NCBI GenBank assembly: GCA_964016885.1
Contig: OZ024757.1
Span: forward strand, 35,712,001-35,776,000
Source: Eledone cirrhosa
Lineage: Eukaryota
Direction: 5' to 3'
Length of the DNA: 64,000 nt
The position numbers and the translations under genes were made by a program. The notes below the pieces were generated by a model that made no database searches, was not told where the DNA came from, and was given only the letters and a program-made list of their open reading frames with translations. Of this stretch, positions 38,882-51,524 are shown piece by piece. Every line of letters starts with the position of its first letter. The first letter of the stretch is position 1.

Positions 38882-40908
38882 GTTGACCTATACTAAAGGA
38901 CTTCACTGATAGGGTTATATGTGTTATAGTTTCCCAGTTGACCTATACTAAAGGACTTCACTGATAGGGTTATGTGTGTTATAGTTTCCCAGTTGACTTA
39001 TACTAAAGGACTTCATTGATAGGGTTATATGTGTTATAGTTTCCCAGTTGACCTATACTAAAGGACTTCACTGATAGGGTTATATGTGTTATAGTTTCCC
39101 AGTTGACCTATACTAAAGGACTTCACTGATAGGGTTATATGTGTTATAGTTTCTCAGTTGACCTATACTAAAGGACTTCACTGATAGGGTTGTATGTGTT
39201 ATAGTTTCCCAGTTGACCTATACTAAAGGACTTCACTGATAGGGTTATATGTGTTATAGTTTCTCAGTTGACCTATACTAAAGGACTTCACTGATAGGGT
39301 TATATGTGTTATAGTTTCCCAGTTGACCTATACTAAAGGACTTCACTGATAGGGTTATATGTGTATAGTTTCCCAGTTGACCTATACTAAAGGACTTCAC
39401 TGATAGGGTTATATGTGTTATAGTTTCCCAGTTGACCTATACTAAAGGACTTCACTGATAGAGTTATATGTGTTATAGTTTCCCAGTTGACCTATACTAA
39501 AGGACTTCACTGATAGGGTTATATGTGTTATAGTTTCCCAGTTGACCTATACTAAAGGACTTCACTGATAGGGTTATATGTGTTATAGTTTCCCAGTTGA
39601 CCTATACTAAAGGACTTCACTGATAGGGTTATATATGTTATAGTTTCCCAGTTGACCTATACTAAAGGACTTCACTGATAGGGTTATATGTGTTATTGTT
39701 TCCCAGTTGACCTATACTAAAGGACTTCACTGATAGGGTTATATGTGTTATAGTTTCCCAGTTGACCTATACTAAAGGATTTCACTGATAGGGTTATATG
39801 TGTTATAGTTTCCCAGTTGACCTATACTAAAGGAATTCACTGATAGGGTTATATGTGTTATAGTTTCCCAGTTGACCTATACTAAAGGACTTCACTGATA
39901 GGGTTATATGTGTTATAGTTTCCCAGTTGACCTATACTAAAGGACTTCACTGATAGGGTTATATGTGTTATAGTTTCCCAGTTGACCTATACTAAAGGAC
40001 TTCACTGATAGGGTTATATGTGTTATTGTTTCCCAGTTGACCTATACTAAAGGACTTCACTGATAGGGTTATATGTGTTATAGTTTCCCAGTTGACCTAT
40101 ACTAAAGGACTTCACTGATAGGGTTATATGTGTTATAGTTTCCCAGTTGACCTATACTAAAGGACTTCACTGATAGGGTTATATGTGTTATAGTTTCCCA
40201 GTTGACCTATACTAAAGGACTTCACTGATAGGGTTATATGTGTTATTGTTTCCCAGTTGACCTATACTAAAGGACTTCACTGATAGGGTTATATGTGTTA
40301 TAGTTTCCCAGTTGACCTATACTAAAAGGACTTCACTGATAGGGTTATATGTGTTATAGTTTCCCAGTTGACCTATACTAAAGGACTTCACTGATAGGGT
40401 TATATGTGTTATAGTTTCCCTTTTGACCTATACTAAAGGACTTCACTGATAGGGTTATATGTGTTATAGTTTCCCAGTTGACCTATACTAAAGGACTTCA
40501 CTGATAGGGTTATATGTGTTATAGTTTCCCAGTTGACCTATACTAAAGGACTTCACTGATAGGGTTATATGTGTTATAGTTTCCCAGTTGACCTATACTA
40601 AAGGACTTCACTGATAGGGTTGTATGTGTTATAGTTTCCCAGTTGACCTATACTAAAGGACTTCACTGATAGGGTTATATGTGTTATAGTTTCCCAGTTG
40701 ACCTATACTAAAGAACTTCACTGATAGGTGTATATGTGTTATAGTTTCCCAGTTAACCTATACTAAAGGACTTCACTGATAGGGTTATATGTGTTATAGT
40801 TTCCCAGTTGACCTATACTAAAGGACTTCACTGATAGGGTTATATGTGTTATAATTTCCCAATTGACCTATACTAAAGGGCTTCACTGACTGGGTTATAT
40901 GTGTTATA
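38882..40908. repeat. 55-bp satellite array 1 (about 37 copies)
   Basis: Unit GTTGACCTATACTAAAGGACTTCACTGATAGGGTTATATGTGTTATAGTTTCCCA; period checked (39541 to 39596); highly homogeneous. Confidence 0.98.
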
Positions 40909-41139
40909 TACCAACACTCCACATCTATTCACCAAAATATCAAAATTCAGTTGCCTGTTATTTTCAATTTTTTTTACATACTTTTCATTTTTACATTCAT
41001 TTTTTCCAAATTTTATTAAATTTTTATTATATTTCTTTATTGTTGGTTGAGCTTGTACAATAAAAAAACTGTTTCTTGCCTCCATGGTATTTTTCTTAGT
41101 TTTTTTTATGTCAGAAAGAGAATATATCATTAAAACTGA

Positions 41140-43059
41140 GCACCTTTTTGAATTTGAATGTCTAACACCCGTGGACATGCCTACAAAATCAGAAAGCAGC
41201 ACAGCTCCCATGACTTTTGGAAACATTGTTTCACGTTCAGAGTTGCTGAAGCATGAAACAAACTACCTGCATCAGTTGTTAGCTGTTGAGACACTGCATC
41301 CTTTAAAACCTCCATGGAACAAACTACCTGCATCAATTGTTAGTTGCCGAGACACCACATCCTTTAAAACCTCCATGGAACAAACTCCCTGCATCAGTTG
41401 TTAGCTGTCGAGACACTGCATCCTTTAAAACCACCATGGAACAAACTACTTGCATCAGTTGTTAGCTGTGGAGACACTGCATCCTTTAAAACTTCCATGG
41501 AACAAAGTACCTACATCAGTTGTTAGCTGTGGAGACACTGCATCCTTTAAAACTTCCATGGAACAAACTACCTGCATCAGTTGTTAGCTGTCGAGACACT
41601 GCATCCTTTAAAACCTCCATGGAACAAACTCCCTGCATCAGTTGTTAGCTGTCGAGACACTGCATCCTTTAAAACCTCCATAGAACAAACTCCCTGCATC
41701 AGTTGTTAGCTGTCGAGACACTGCATCCTTTAAAACCACCATGGAACAAACTCCCTGCTTCAGTTGTTAGATGTCGAGACACTGCATCCTTTAAAATCTC
41801 GATGGAACAAACTACCTGCATCAGTTGTTAGCTGTCGAGACACTGCATCCTTTAAAACCTCCATGGAACAAACTACCTGCATCAGTTGTTAGCTGTCGAG
41901 ACACTGCATCCTTTAAAACCTCCATGGAACAAACTACCTGCATCAGTTGTTAGCTGTCGAGACACTGCATCCTTTAAAACCACCATGGAACAAACTACCT
42001 GCATCAGTTGTTAGCTGTCGAGACACTGCATCCTTTAAAACCTGCATGGAACAAACTACCTGCATCAGTTGTTAGCTGTCGAGACACTGCATCCTTTAAA
42101 ACCTGCATGGAACAAACTATCTGCATCAGTTGTTAGCTGTCGAGACACTGCATCCTTTAAAACCTGCATGGAACAAACTACCTGCTTCAGTTGTTAGATG
42201 TCGAGACACTGTATCCTTTAAAACCTCCATGGAACAAACTGCCTGCATCAGTTGTTAGCTGTGTAGACACTACATCCTTTAAAACCTCCATGAAACAAAC
42301 TACCTGCATCAGTTGTTAGCTGTTGAGACACTGCATCCTTTAAAACCTCCATGGAACAAACGACGAGTGTGGCGATGATAATGATGATGCCAGCCACATA
42401 GGACACAGGCCTTAATAAGACACAGAGCCACCTAGGGTACAGATCTCAGTGAGATACTCGGCTACCCAGGGTAGAGACCTTAGAGAGACACAGAGTTACC
42501 TAGGGTACAGATCTCAGAGAGACACAGTTGTTAGCTGTGGAGACACTGCATCCTTTAAAACCTCCATGGAACAAACTACCTGCATCAGTTGTTAGCTGTT
42601 GAGACACAGCATCCTTTAAAACCTCCATGGAACAAACTACCTGCATCAGTTGTTAGATGTCGAGACACAGCATCCTTTAAAACCTCCATGGAACAAACTA
42701 CCTGCATCAGTTGTTAGATGTCGAGACACCGCATCCTTTAAAACCTCCATGGAACAAACTATCTGCATCAGTTGTTAGCTGTTGAGACACTGCATCCTTT
42801 AAAACCTCCATGGAACAAACTACCTGCATCAATTGTTAGCTGTGGAGACACTATATCCTTTAAAACCTCCATGGAACAAACTACCTGCATCAGTTGTTAG
42901 GTAATATCCCCCCTCCTTACACACACACACACAGGTATATCATGACTCATACACTGTTCACTTTCCTGACATGTGTACATTATTCTATATACCATACATG
43001 CACCTTTGATGAGTTGTAGTGCACCTTAGCACTGTACACAATAATTCATTATTATTATT
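41140..43059 (+). mobile_element. CR1-like LINE 3' end containing an internal tandem amplification
   Basis: From 41161 the sequence reads SNTRGHAYKIRKQHSSHDFWKHCFTFRVAEA*NKLPASVVSC*DTASFKTSM, matching the TRGH..K...FF..RV...WN.LP..VV...FK C-terminus of CR1-group ORF2; UTR-like segment at 42900-43045 ends in an (ATT)n tail. Confidence 0.8.
41252..42900. repeat. 61-bp satellite (about 18 + 6 copies) derived from LINE ORF2
   Basis: Unit CATGGAACAAACTACCTGCATCAGTTGTTAGCTGTCGAGACACTGCATCCTTTAAAACCTC; period checked (41941 to 42002); interrupted at 42361-42525. Confidence 0.97.
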
Positions 43060-43222
43060 TTTTTATGACCACATTTCTAATGAAATACACTCTCTTTCAA
43101 TTAATTAATGAAGAATTTTGAAGAATTTACTAAAATTATTAATTGTTTCATTAGTAAGATAGTAACTTAACGTGGTGAACACAATCAATGTTTTCCTCTC
43201 TCTCTCTCTCACTGTCTGCGAG

Positions 43223-43263
<41 letters not shown>

Positions 43264-43444
43264 ATCATCTAACTCTCTCTATTTCAGATCTGATATGTTT
43301 CAACAATTCCTTTCGTATGATCACATCCAAATATGTTCGCTACCGTTGTGAGGTAATCCAGCCCTGACGACGACTGTGGTGATGACAGCGATGATAATGA
43401 TGATGACAGTGTCAATGACAGCGATGATAATGATGATGACAGCC

Positions 43445-43830
43445 ACATAGGACACAGGCCTTAATAAGACACAGAGCCACCTAGGGTACAGATCTCAGTG
43501 AGATACCCAGCTACCTAGGGTACAGACCTTAGAAAGACACAGAGCCACCTAGGGTACAGACCTTAGAGAGACACAGAGCCACCTAGGGTACAGACCTTAG
43601 AGAGACACAGAGCCACCTAGGGTACAAACCTTAGAGAGACACAGAGCCACCTAGGGTACAGACCTTAGAGAGACACAGAGCCACCGAGGGTACAGATCTT
43701 AGAGAGAGACAGAGCCACCTAGGGTACAGACCTTAGAGAGACACAGAGCCACCTAGGGTACAGACCTCAGTGAGACACAGAGACACCTAGGGTAGAGAGA
43801 GACAGACAACCAGCTAGGGTACAGACATCA
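43445..43830. repeat. 34-bp minisatellite (about 11 copies)
   Basis: Unit ACACAGAGCCACCTAGGGTACAGACCTTAGAGAG; period checked (43571 to 43605). Confidence 0.93.
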
Positions 43831-44624
43831 GATAGGTACATTACTGAACCTTAAAGTATCACAGTTTTATACAGGGCTGGTGCTACCATTAGGGCCAACT
43901 AGGGTACATTACAGAACCTAAAGGACATACTTAGTTCCTCTATAACAATATAATATACACATTAGCTAGTCTGGTATTATGAAGGCCCTGAACAAGGATA
44001 TTAAAAGCTACACTTAATACACAGTGGTGTTAGGAAGGCCCAGAACAAGGATATAAAATGCTACACTCGGTACACAGTGATGTTGCAGGCAGGTATGACC
44101 CCATAACTCATTATAAAACCTGGCAGAGTACATCTCCTCTCCAGGTCTGAATAAAAGAGAGAGTGAGAAAGAGATATAGAGTAAGAGAGAACCCCTAGTA
44201 TTTGATTGGTACTTTATTATCAACCCCGAATGTAAGAAAAGTAAAGTTGAACTGAGAATAAAGAACTGGAAAAAATACTACAAAGTATTCTATCTGATGT
44301 TCTAACAAATTACCTTATGTATATGTATTTATCTCTAGAGATAAGAAAAAAAACTGAATAAGTTTAATATGAACTCTTTCGAGTATCTCCTGACTACGAT
44401 TGAACCCCAGACCAGAAGCTCCACTTGCTCTGGTATCTCCCACCAGACCACCATGAAGGCTATAAGAATCTACTGAAATTTAATACTTATAAATCTACTT
44501 TCAAAATCGAAATAAAAATGATGTGGTGTTGTTTATACCTTTCTCAATGTATTTGGTTTAAAAGGTAGTTAAACCTAAAATTTCAATATTCAAATAATTA
44601 TTGAATAGATACTCGCTGTTCTCA

Positions 44625-45240
44625 ACAGGTCCCGGAGATGGCAAGCGCCCCGACGGAATCACTCTCTTCCCATTCGAAGGAGGTAGGTCCCTCATGTGGG
44701 ACACCACCAGCAACGACACAATCTCCGCTTCCAACTTCGTTTCCAAGTCGTTTCGGCCACAAACCCCAGCAACGCCGCCCGCTTCTCAGAAGAACGTAAA
44801 ATAAACAAATACCGAGGATTGTCCGGCCGCTTCCTCTCTGCACCAGTCAATGTCGAGACCTCAGAGGTACTTGGACCCCGTACTGCCGAACTCCTCCGCA
44901 GGATCAAAGCGTCGGCGGCCCGTCTGAGGAAGGAATCCCGCCAGGTTGGGTGGTTGTTACATTGGGTATAACTGGCATCGTCCGTGAGAATACTTTTGCC
45001 ATCTTGTCTGTGGGGCGCAGCATTTCTGCCCTAGGCCCAAAGCTCAACCACCCTCCCCTATTTTCTGCGACACCGGAGTTCTTGCCATCCCCTCTCCTAT
45101 TCGTTGTTTCTTCTTTCTTTCTCTCTTCGATTTAATCGACTTTACCCTCCCCCAAATTACTGTCCTTCCACCTTTACTAGAAATCATCATTATTATTGTT
45201 ATTGTTACTGTAAATAATATCATGTTTATACAGTTTTGAT
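44625..45240 (+). mobile_element. CRE-like non-LTR retrotransposon 3' end (RLE domain plus UTR)
   Basis: GDGKRPDGITLFPFEGGRSLMWDTTSNDTISAS (ORF 44601), then AARFSEERKINKYRGLSGRFLSAPVNVETSEVLGPRTAELLRRI (ORF 44696): RPD..D..K endonuclease motif, frameshifted; absent from the paralogous site near 33980. Confidence 0.85.
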
Positions 45241-45639
45241 AATAAATAAATTGTTCATTACAAACTTGTTTATATAATTATTAATTCGCAAAACACACAC
45301 ACATACATATACATACACATACATATATATGAAAATATTCAGCACCCCGACGGCTGAGCTCCGGCCGTTTAAACAGCTATATATAAATATATCTTTTAAT
45401 CTTAGGTTCAGCGCAGAAAACACTCTCCAACGATCATGATCAGCTTATCGTGCCCAGTGGAAGCATTTTAGTTTAATTATAACCTCAACGATCACGATTA
45501 GCGGCGGCTTTTTCGAGTCTGTGCCAAGTGAGGTTGACTGCCATATATATATACATGCTCGAACCCTAGAGAAGAACAGAAAAATGCTGAATTCAGAGTT
45601 TAGTAAACAACAGAGAGAAGGACATAAATAAATAAATAT

Positions 45640-46343
45640 ATTTAAACATTTAAAATATGTTTATGTCCCCCTTTAATATAAAAACAAACAGAGTCTTGTA
45701 AAAGTGTTATTACTGTAATATAAAGTAGAAATCCTTTAATTAAACAAAGCTACGATGCAGCGATGATAAAAACAAACTGCAAACAAACTTCTCGTAGGTG
45801 CTGCCAGATACACGATAACATGTGTAGACGAAGTGTAACTGGGTCGTATTTTTCAAATTGACCCCTATTATATGCAAATTATCCCCTGTGGGGCGTGCAC
45901 CCCACGTTGAGAATCCCTCATAAATAAATATATGTGAGTGTGTTGCTATGACTGCTATTTCTAGCAGGTTTACTGCAGTCCTGTAGACGCACAACAAAAA
46001 CCGGAAGTGGCAGCCATTAAAAAACTTTGGCTTAAAATCAGCCAAAAGATTTTCAATAATAGTAAAATTTTATTTTTGACAAGGACGATAACTTTTGTCT
46101 TACTTAATCGCAAAAATCGAGGCAAAAATTTTGAGGGTGTGCAGTTTACACGCTAAAAATAAACCTGCTAGAAATAGCAGTCATAGCAACTCACTTACAT
46201 ATATTTATATATCATATATATATATATATGATATATATATGGACACTTTAGAAATAGCAGCGAATAACAGAAAGGACACACACACACACACATATATATA
46301 TATACACACACACACATATATATATATGCCCCAGCACACACAC

Positions 46344-46374
<31 letters not shown>

Positions 46375-47428
46375 TATATATATATGCCCCAGCATACACA
46401 CACACACATATATATGCCCCAGCATGGTCTTGGACGATCGTCTAACTAAGGCCAATAATAAAATACTTCAAAATAAATTAAACACCCCTAAATCCGGGGT
46501 TACAACTTGGATTACTTAAAAGTCAGTAAAGCTGTAAAGATTCTATATTGTAAATAGGTGGTCGCATGTTCGAATCCGGGCAAATCCCGAGAAAAATAAC
46601 GAAAAGAAGGACAATGTAAAAATAGCAGCCATAGACGAGGGGAGGACACACACACGCACACACACATATACACACACATGTGTATATATATATATATGTG
46701 TCTGTGTATGTGTTTGGCTGCTATATATATATATAGCGGTCAACACACACACACGTACATATATAAGTGTGTGTGTTTGGCTGATATATATATATATATA
46801 TATATGATATATAAATATATGTGAGTTGCTATGACTGCTATTTCTAGCAGGTTTATTTTAGCGTGTAAACTGCACACCCGCAAAATTTTTGCCTCGATTT
46901 TTGCGATTAAGTAAGACAAAAGTTATCGTCCTTGTCAAAAATAAAATTTTACTTTTATTGAAAATCTTTTGGCTGATTTTAAGCCAAAGTTTTTTAATGG
47001 CTGCCACTTCCGGTTTTTGTTGTGCGTCTACAGGACAGCCAGAAACCTACTAGAAATAGCAGTCATAACAACACACTTATGTATATTTATATATCAGGGA
47101 TTCTCAACGAAGGGTACACGCCCCACAGGGGGCAATTTGAATTTAATAGGGGCCAATTAGAAAGTGATATAATACGACCAAACTTCCAGTTACACTTTGT
47201 TCACATGTTATCGTGTATCTGGCAGCAGCTACGAGAAGTTTGTTTATATTTTGAAGTTTGTTTTGATCATCGCGGCATCGTAGCTTTGTTTAATTAAAGC
47301 ATTTCTACTTTATATTACAGTAGTAACACTTTTACAAGACTCGGTTTATTTCTATATTAAAGGGGAACATAAACCTAATTTTTAAACGTTGAGGTGGGGC
47401 ATGGAGCAAAAAAGGTTTGGAACTACTG
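45640..47428. mobile_element. Long inverted-repeat element 2
   Basis: Arms about 45640-46230 and 46790-47395 are reverse complements (the same [23 protein letters not shown] translation appears on opposite strands); right end GGTTTGGAACTACTG is hAT-like; microsatellite-rich spacer. Confidence 0.8.
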
Positions 47429-47454
47429 AAGACAACGAATCATCGTTTTTATTA

Positions 47455-47941
47455 ATGTAAACAAACTTCTCGCAGGTGCTGCCAGATACACGATAACATG
47501 TCTATACGAAGTGTAACAGGGAGTTGGGTCGTATTATATGACTTTCAAATTGACCCCTATTATATTAAAATTATCCCCTGTGGGGCGTGCACCCCACGTT
47601 GAGAATCCCTCATAAATAAATATATGTGAGTGTGTTGCTATGACTGCTATTTCTAGCAGGTTTACTGCAGTCCTGTAGACGCACAACAAAAACCGGAAGT
47701 GGCAGCCATTAAAAAACTTTGGCTTAAAATCAGGCAAAAGTTTTTTTAACAATTTGCCAAGAAAGATAACTCTTGTCTTACTTAATCGCAAAAATCGAGG
47801 CAAAAATGTTGCGGGTGTGCAGTTTGTTTGGTGTATTTCACTGCTATTTCTAGCATATATGGACACTTTAGAAATAGCAGCGAAACACGGGAAACATAAG
47901 AAAGAAGGTCACACACGTATATATATATATATAATTATGTA

Positions 47942-47983
<42 letters not shown>

Positions 47984-48500
47984 TACATATATATATGCAC
48001 AGATATATACATTTAAATATATATATTTATATATATATACACGCGCGCACACACACCTATACGTAGATATGGGTGTGTGTATAGCTGGTATATATATATA
48101 TATGTATGGGTGAGTGTATAGCTGGTATATATATATATATATATATAGGTGTGTGTCCTTCTTTCTGCTGTTTTCCGTTTTTCGCTGCTATTTCTAAAGT
48201 GTCCATACATGCTAGAAATAGCAGTCAAATACACCAAACAAACTGCACACCCGCAAAATTTTTGCCTCGATTTTTGCGATTAAGTAAGACAAGAGTTATC
48301 TTTCTTGGCAAATTGTTAAAAAACTTTTGCCTGATTTTAAGCCAAAGTTTTTTAATGGCTGCCACTTCCGGTTTTTGTTGTGCGTCTACAGGACTGCAGT
48401 AAACCTGCTAGAAATAGCAGTCATAGAAACACACTCACATATATTTATTTATGAGGGATTCTCAACATGGGGTGCACGCCCCACAGGGGATAATTTGAAT
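47455..48500. mobile_element. Long inverted-repeat element 3 (truncated), (TA)n centre
   Basis: Arms about 47560-47920 and 48135-48500 are reverse complements; same family as elements 1 and 2. Confidence 0.8.
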
Positions 48501-49359
48501 ATCCCCCTCTTTATATCAATTAGCACTAACTCTCTCCCTCTCTATATCTACTACACGGCACTCTCTTCCAATACCCCTCTCTATATGAAGTAACACCAAA
48601 CTCTCCCCCTCTCTATATATTAAGCACTAAGTCAGGAATTTTTTTCTTCTTTCGTGCAGAGAGAGTAAAGTTGATTAAATCTATTGCAGTGAATTACTGG
48701 TATTTTATTTAATAAAAATTAAAATTTACTATTTGTCTTCGTTTAATTTTCGTTTTTCTTTACATAGTTTCGTTTCGTTAAATGTCTCCAGAATTTGTTT
48801 TTACTTTTACCGGATATTGAAGGTGTAAACTTGGTGTTGTCTAGAAACGTGTTAGAAATATTTTTCTTTTAATTGTGAAGAATTTAACCGCAAAGTAAGT
48901 TTTTTTTACTGTTTATTTGTGGCTGGGACAACGTATGGTATGTGTTAATGTAAATGGTGAAGGTTTAAAGATTCTTTTTACAACTGAAAATCAGTTTGTT
49001 GTTGCTGCTAATTACTTAACGCATGGAATAGATTTAAAAAATACACGATTGTTTCTCGGAAGAGAGGAAGAAGAAACAAATCACAGAAGCGGGTAGCACA
49101 CACATTTGGGACCACATACAACACAAAAACAGGTAATCCACACATCTGGGACCACATACAACACACCAGCAGGTAATACATACATCTAGGACCACATAAG
49201 CAGGTAATACACACATCTAGGACCACATACAACACACAAGCAGGTAATACACACATCTAGGACGACATACAACCAAAGGCAGGCGAAAGGGGTGGACAAA
49301 CGAGCTGCTACTAGATCAAAAGATAACAGTATCGCGAGGAGCACTGGGAAACCTCTCTA

Positions 49360-49570
49360 ATGATTTTTTAGGCAAGCCAGCACGTCTGCAGCGTTACCTC
49401 GGGCGATGGCGAGGCTGAGGAGCTGGAACAACCAAGTGCCCTCACGAGCTTCACCAGTCACCTTCGTCAGGCTAGCCGCCAGTGAAGATAGGAATCTCGC
49501 AGTCAGTATCCTGACTCCCCCAAACGCCACAGGCTGGAAAATGTAGTTGGCCGACAGATCACATTATTAC
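49360..49570 (-). mobile_element. CRE-like retrotransposon 3' fragment (paralog of 38525-38735)
   Basis: Near-identical to 38525-38735. Confidence 0.65.
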
Positions 49571-49719
49571 TTAACAGTGATAGATATTCTGTCTAAAGGA
49601 GGGGCGTACAACAGGCGGCCCGCGGGCCACAATCGAACCCACCTGACCAGTCAGAGTGGCCCGCAATGACTCTTGTAGGCTTATTTAGAATTTTTTCCAT
49701 ACCCGTAATACTTCTGTTA

Positions 49720-50952
49720 GTTGACCTATACTAAAGGACTTCACTGATAGGGTTATATGTGTTATAGTTTCCCAGTTGACCTATACTAAAGGACTTCACT
49801 GATAGGGTTATATGTGTTATAGTTTCCCAGTTGACCTATACTAAAGGACTTCACTGATAGGGTTATATGTGTTATAATTTCCCAGTTGACCTATACTAAA
49901 GGACTTCACTGATAGGGTTATATGTGTTATAGTTTCCCAGTTGACCTATACTAAAGGACTTCACTGATAGGGTTATATGTGTTATAGTTTCCCAGTTGAC
50001 CTATACTAAAGAGCTTCACTGATAGAGTTATATGTGTTATAGTTTCCCAGAGGGCTTCACTGATAGGGTTATATGTGTTATAGTTTCCCAGTTGACCTAT
50101 ACTAAAGGACTTCACTGATAGGGTTATATGTGTTATAGTTTCCCAGTTGACCTATACTAAAGGACTTCACTGATAGGGTTATATGTGTTATAATTTCCCA
50201 GTTGACCTATACTAAAGGACTTCACTGATAGGGTTATATGTGTTATAGTTTCCCAGTTGACCTATACTAAAGGACTTCACTGATAGGGTTATATGTGTTA
50301 TAGTTTCCCAGTTGACCTATACTAAAGAGCTTCACTGATAGAGTTATATGTGTTATAGTTTCCCAGAGGGCTTCACTGATAGGGTTATATGTGTTATAGT
50401 TTCCCAGTTGACCTATACTAAAGGACTTCACTGATAGGGTTATATGTGTTATAGTTTCCCAGTTGACCTATACTAAAGGACTTCACTGATAGGGTTATAT
50501 GTGTTATAGTTTCCCAGTTGACCTATACTAAAGGACTTCACTGATAGGGTTATATGTGTTATAGTTTCCCAGTTGACCTATACTAAAGGACTTCACTGAT
50601 AGGGTTATATGTGTTATAGTTTCCCAGTTGACCTATACTAAAGGACTTCACTGATAGGGTTATATGTGTTATAGTTTCCCAGTTGACCTATACTAAAGGA
50701 CTTCACTGATAGGGTTATATGTGTTATAGTTTCCCAGTTGACCTATACTAAAGGACTTCACTGATAGGGTTATATGTGTTATAGTTTCCCAGTTGACCTA
50801 TACTAAAGGACTTCACTGATAGGGTTATATGTGTTATAGTTTCCCAGTTGACCTATACTAAAGGACTTCACTGATAGGGTTATATGTGTTATAGTTTCCC
50901 AGTTGACCTATACTAAAGGGCTTCACTGATAGAGTTATATGTGTTATAGTTT
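49720..50952. repeat. 55-bp satellite array 2 (about 22 copies)
   Basis: Same unit as 38882-40908; two identical truncated units (TTTCCCAG-AGGGCTTCAC) near 50050 and 50365. Confidence 0.98.
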
Positions 50953-51524
50953 GAAACAAACTACCCGCATCAGTTATTATACTTTTATAACACCGCTATA
51001 TTACCTACATGAAAGAGGTAAATATTTATTTCTCTTGTCTTCTTAAATGTATAGAACATTTTTCTTATATATATTCTTAACATAGCTAGGACCGTTTATT
51101 ATTTACTAGTCTCTACTCCTAGGACTTTGCTGGTCTCATGTCCCCTCCATCAACACACACTCGGTAGAAAGCTGGTCGTCAGAGGTAAAGTGGCCCTGAT
51201 TACAGGTCTAGTATTGAAGCCTTTCGGCTTGAGCCTTGCTGATGCCGACAGAGTTCCTGTGGTAGTTTTGGTAGCGCAGGTGACATTTTATTGTGTTTAG
51301 GTACCGGCTAGTGCGGACACAGAGAGCACAGCCAGGTGGTGAGCTGGCAACGACCAAGTGTAGAGGGCCAGCTTTGAAATTCGAGCGACGGAGTGAACTA
51401 GTAAAAGAGGCAGGGTAAGCAGCATTGGTTCTAACGGTGGGACTAGAACGGAGGTTGGGTGGTGCTGGGGGTGGGCTAACAGCTAACAGTTGTAGGAGTG
51501 GTGGGGCTTTGCTAGGATTAATTT

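Larger units (their letters stand above)
44200..50975 (+). repeat. Older, rearranged duplicate of about 33580-41270
   Basis: Same order of parts: reverse SINE remnant, 34020-34310-type segment, fold-back element(s), 37560-38880 segment (paralog 48500-49720), 55-bp array, start of the 61-bp unit. Confidence 0.85.

Noticed and set aside
38882-40908. TAGGGTTA in the 55-bp unit as telomeric repeat
   Set aside because: Only one partial match per monomer and no (TTAGGG)n run.
40873-41404. ORFs 40873-41226 and 41084-41404 as real genes
   Set aside because: Chance read-through of AT-rich DNA, the LINE remnant and satellite units; the LINE-like frame itself contains stops.
46540-46600. Possible tRNA gene (GTTCGAATCC B-box)
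   Set aside because: No convincing A-box or cloverleaf could be traced; at most a SINE remnant.
51085-51235. Canonical Helitron 3' terminus
   Set aside because: Several CTAG sites exist, but none has a convincing 16-20 nt hairpin at the usual distance together with the expected T flank.
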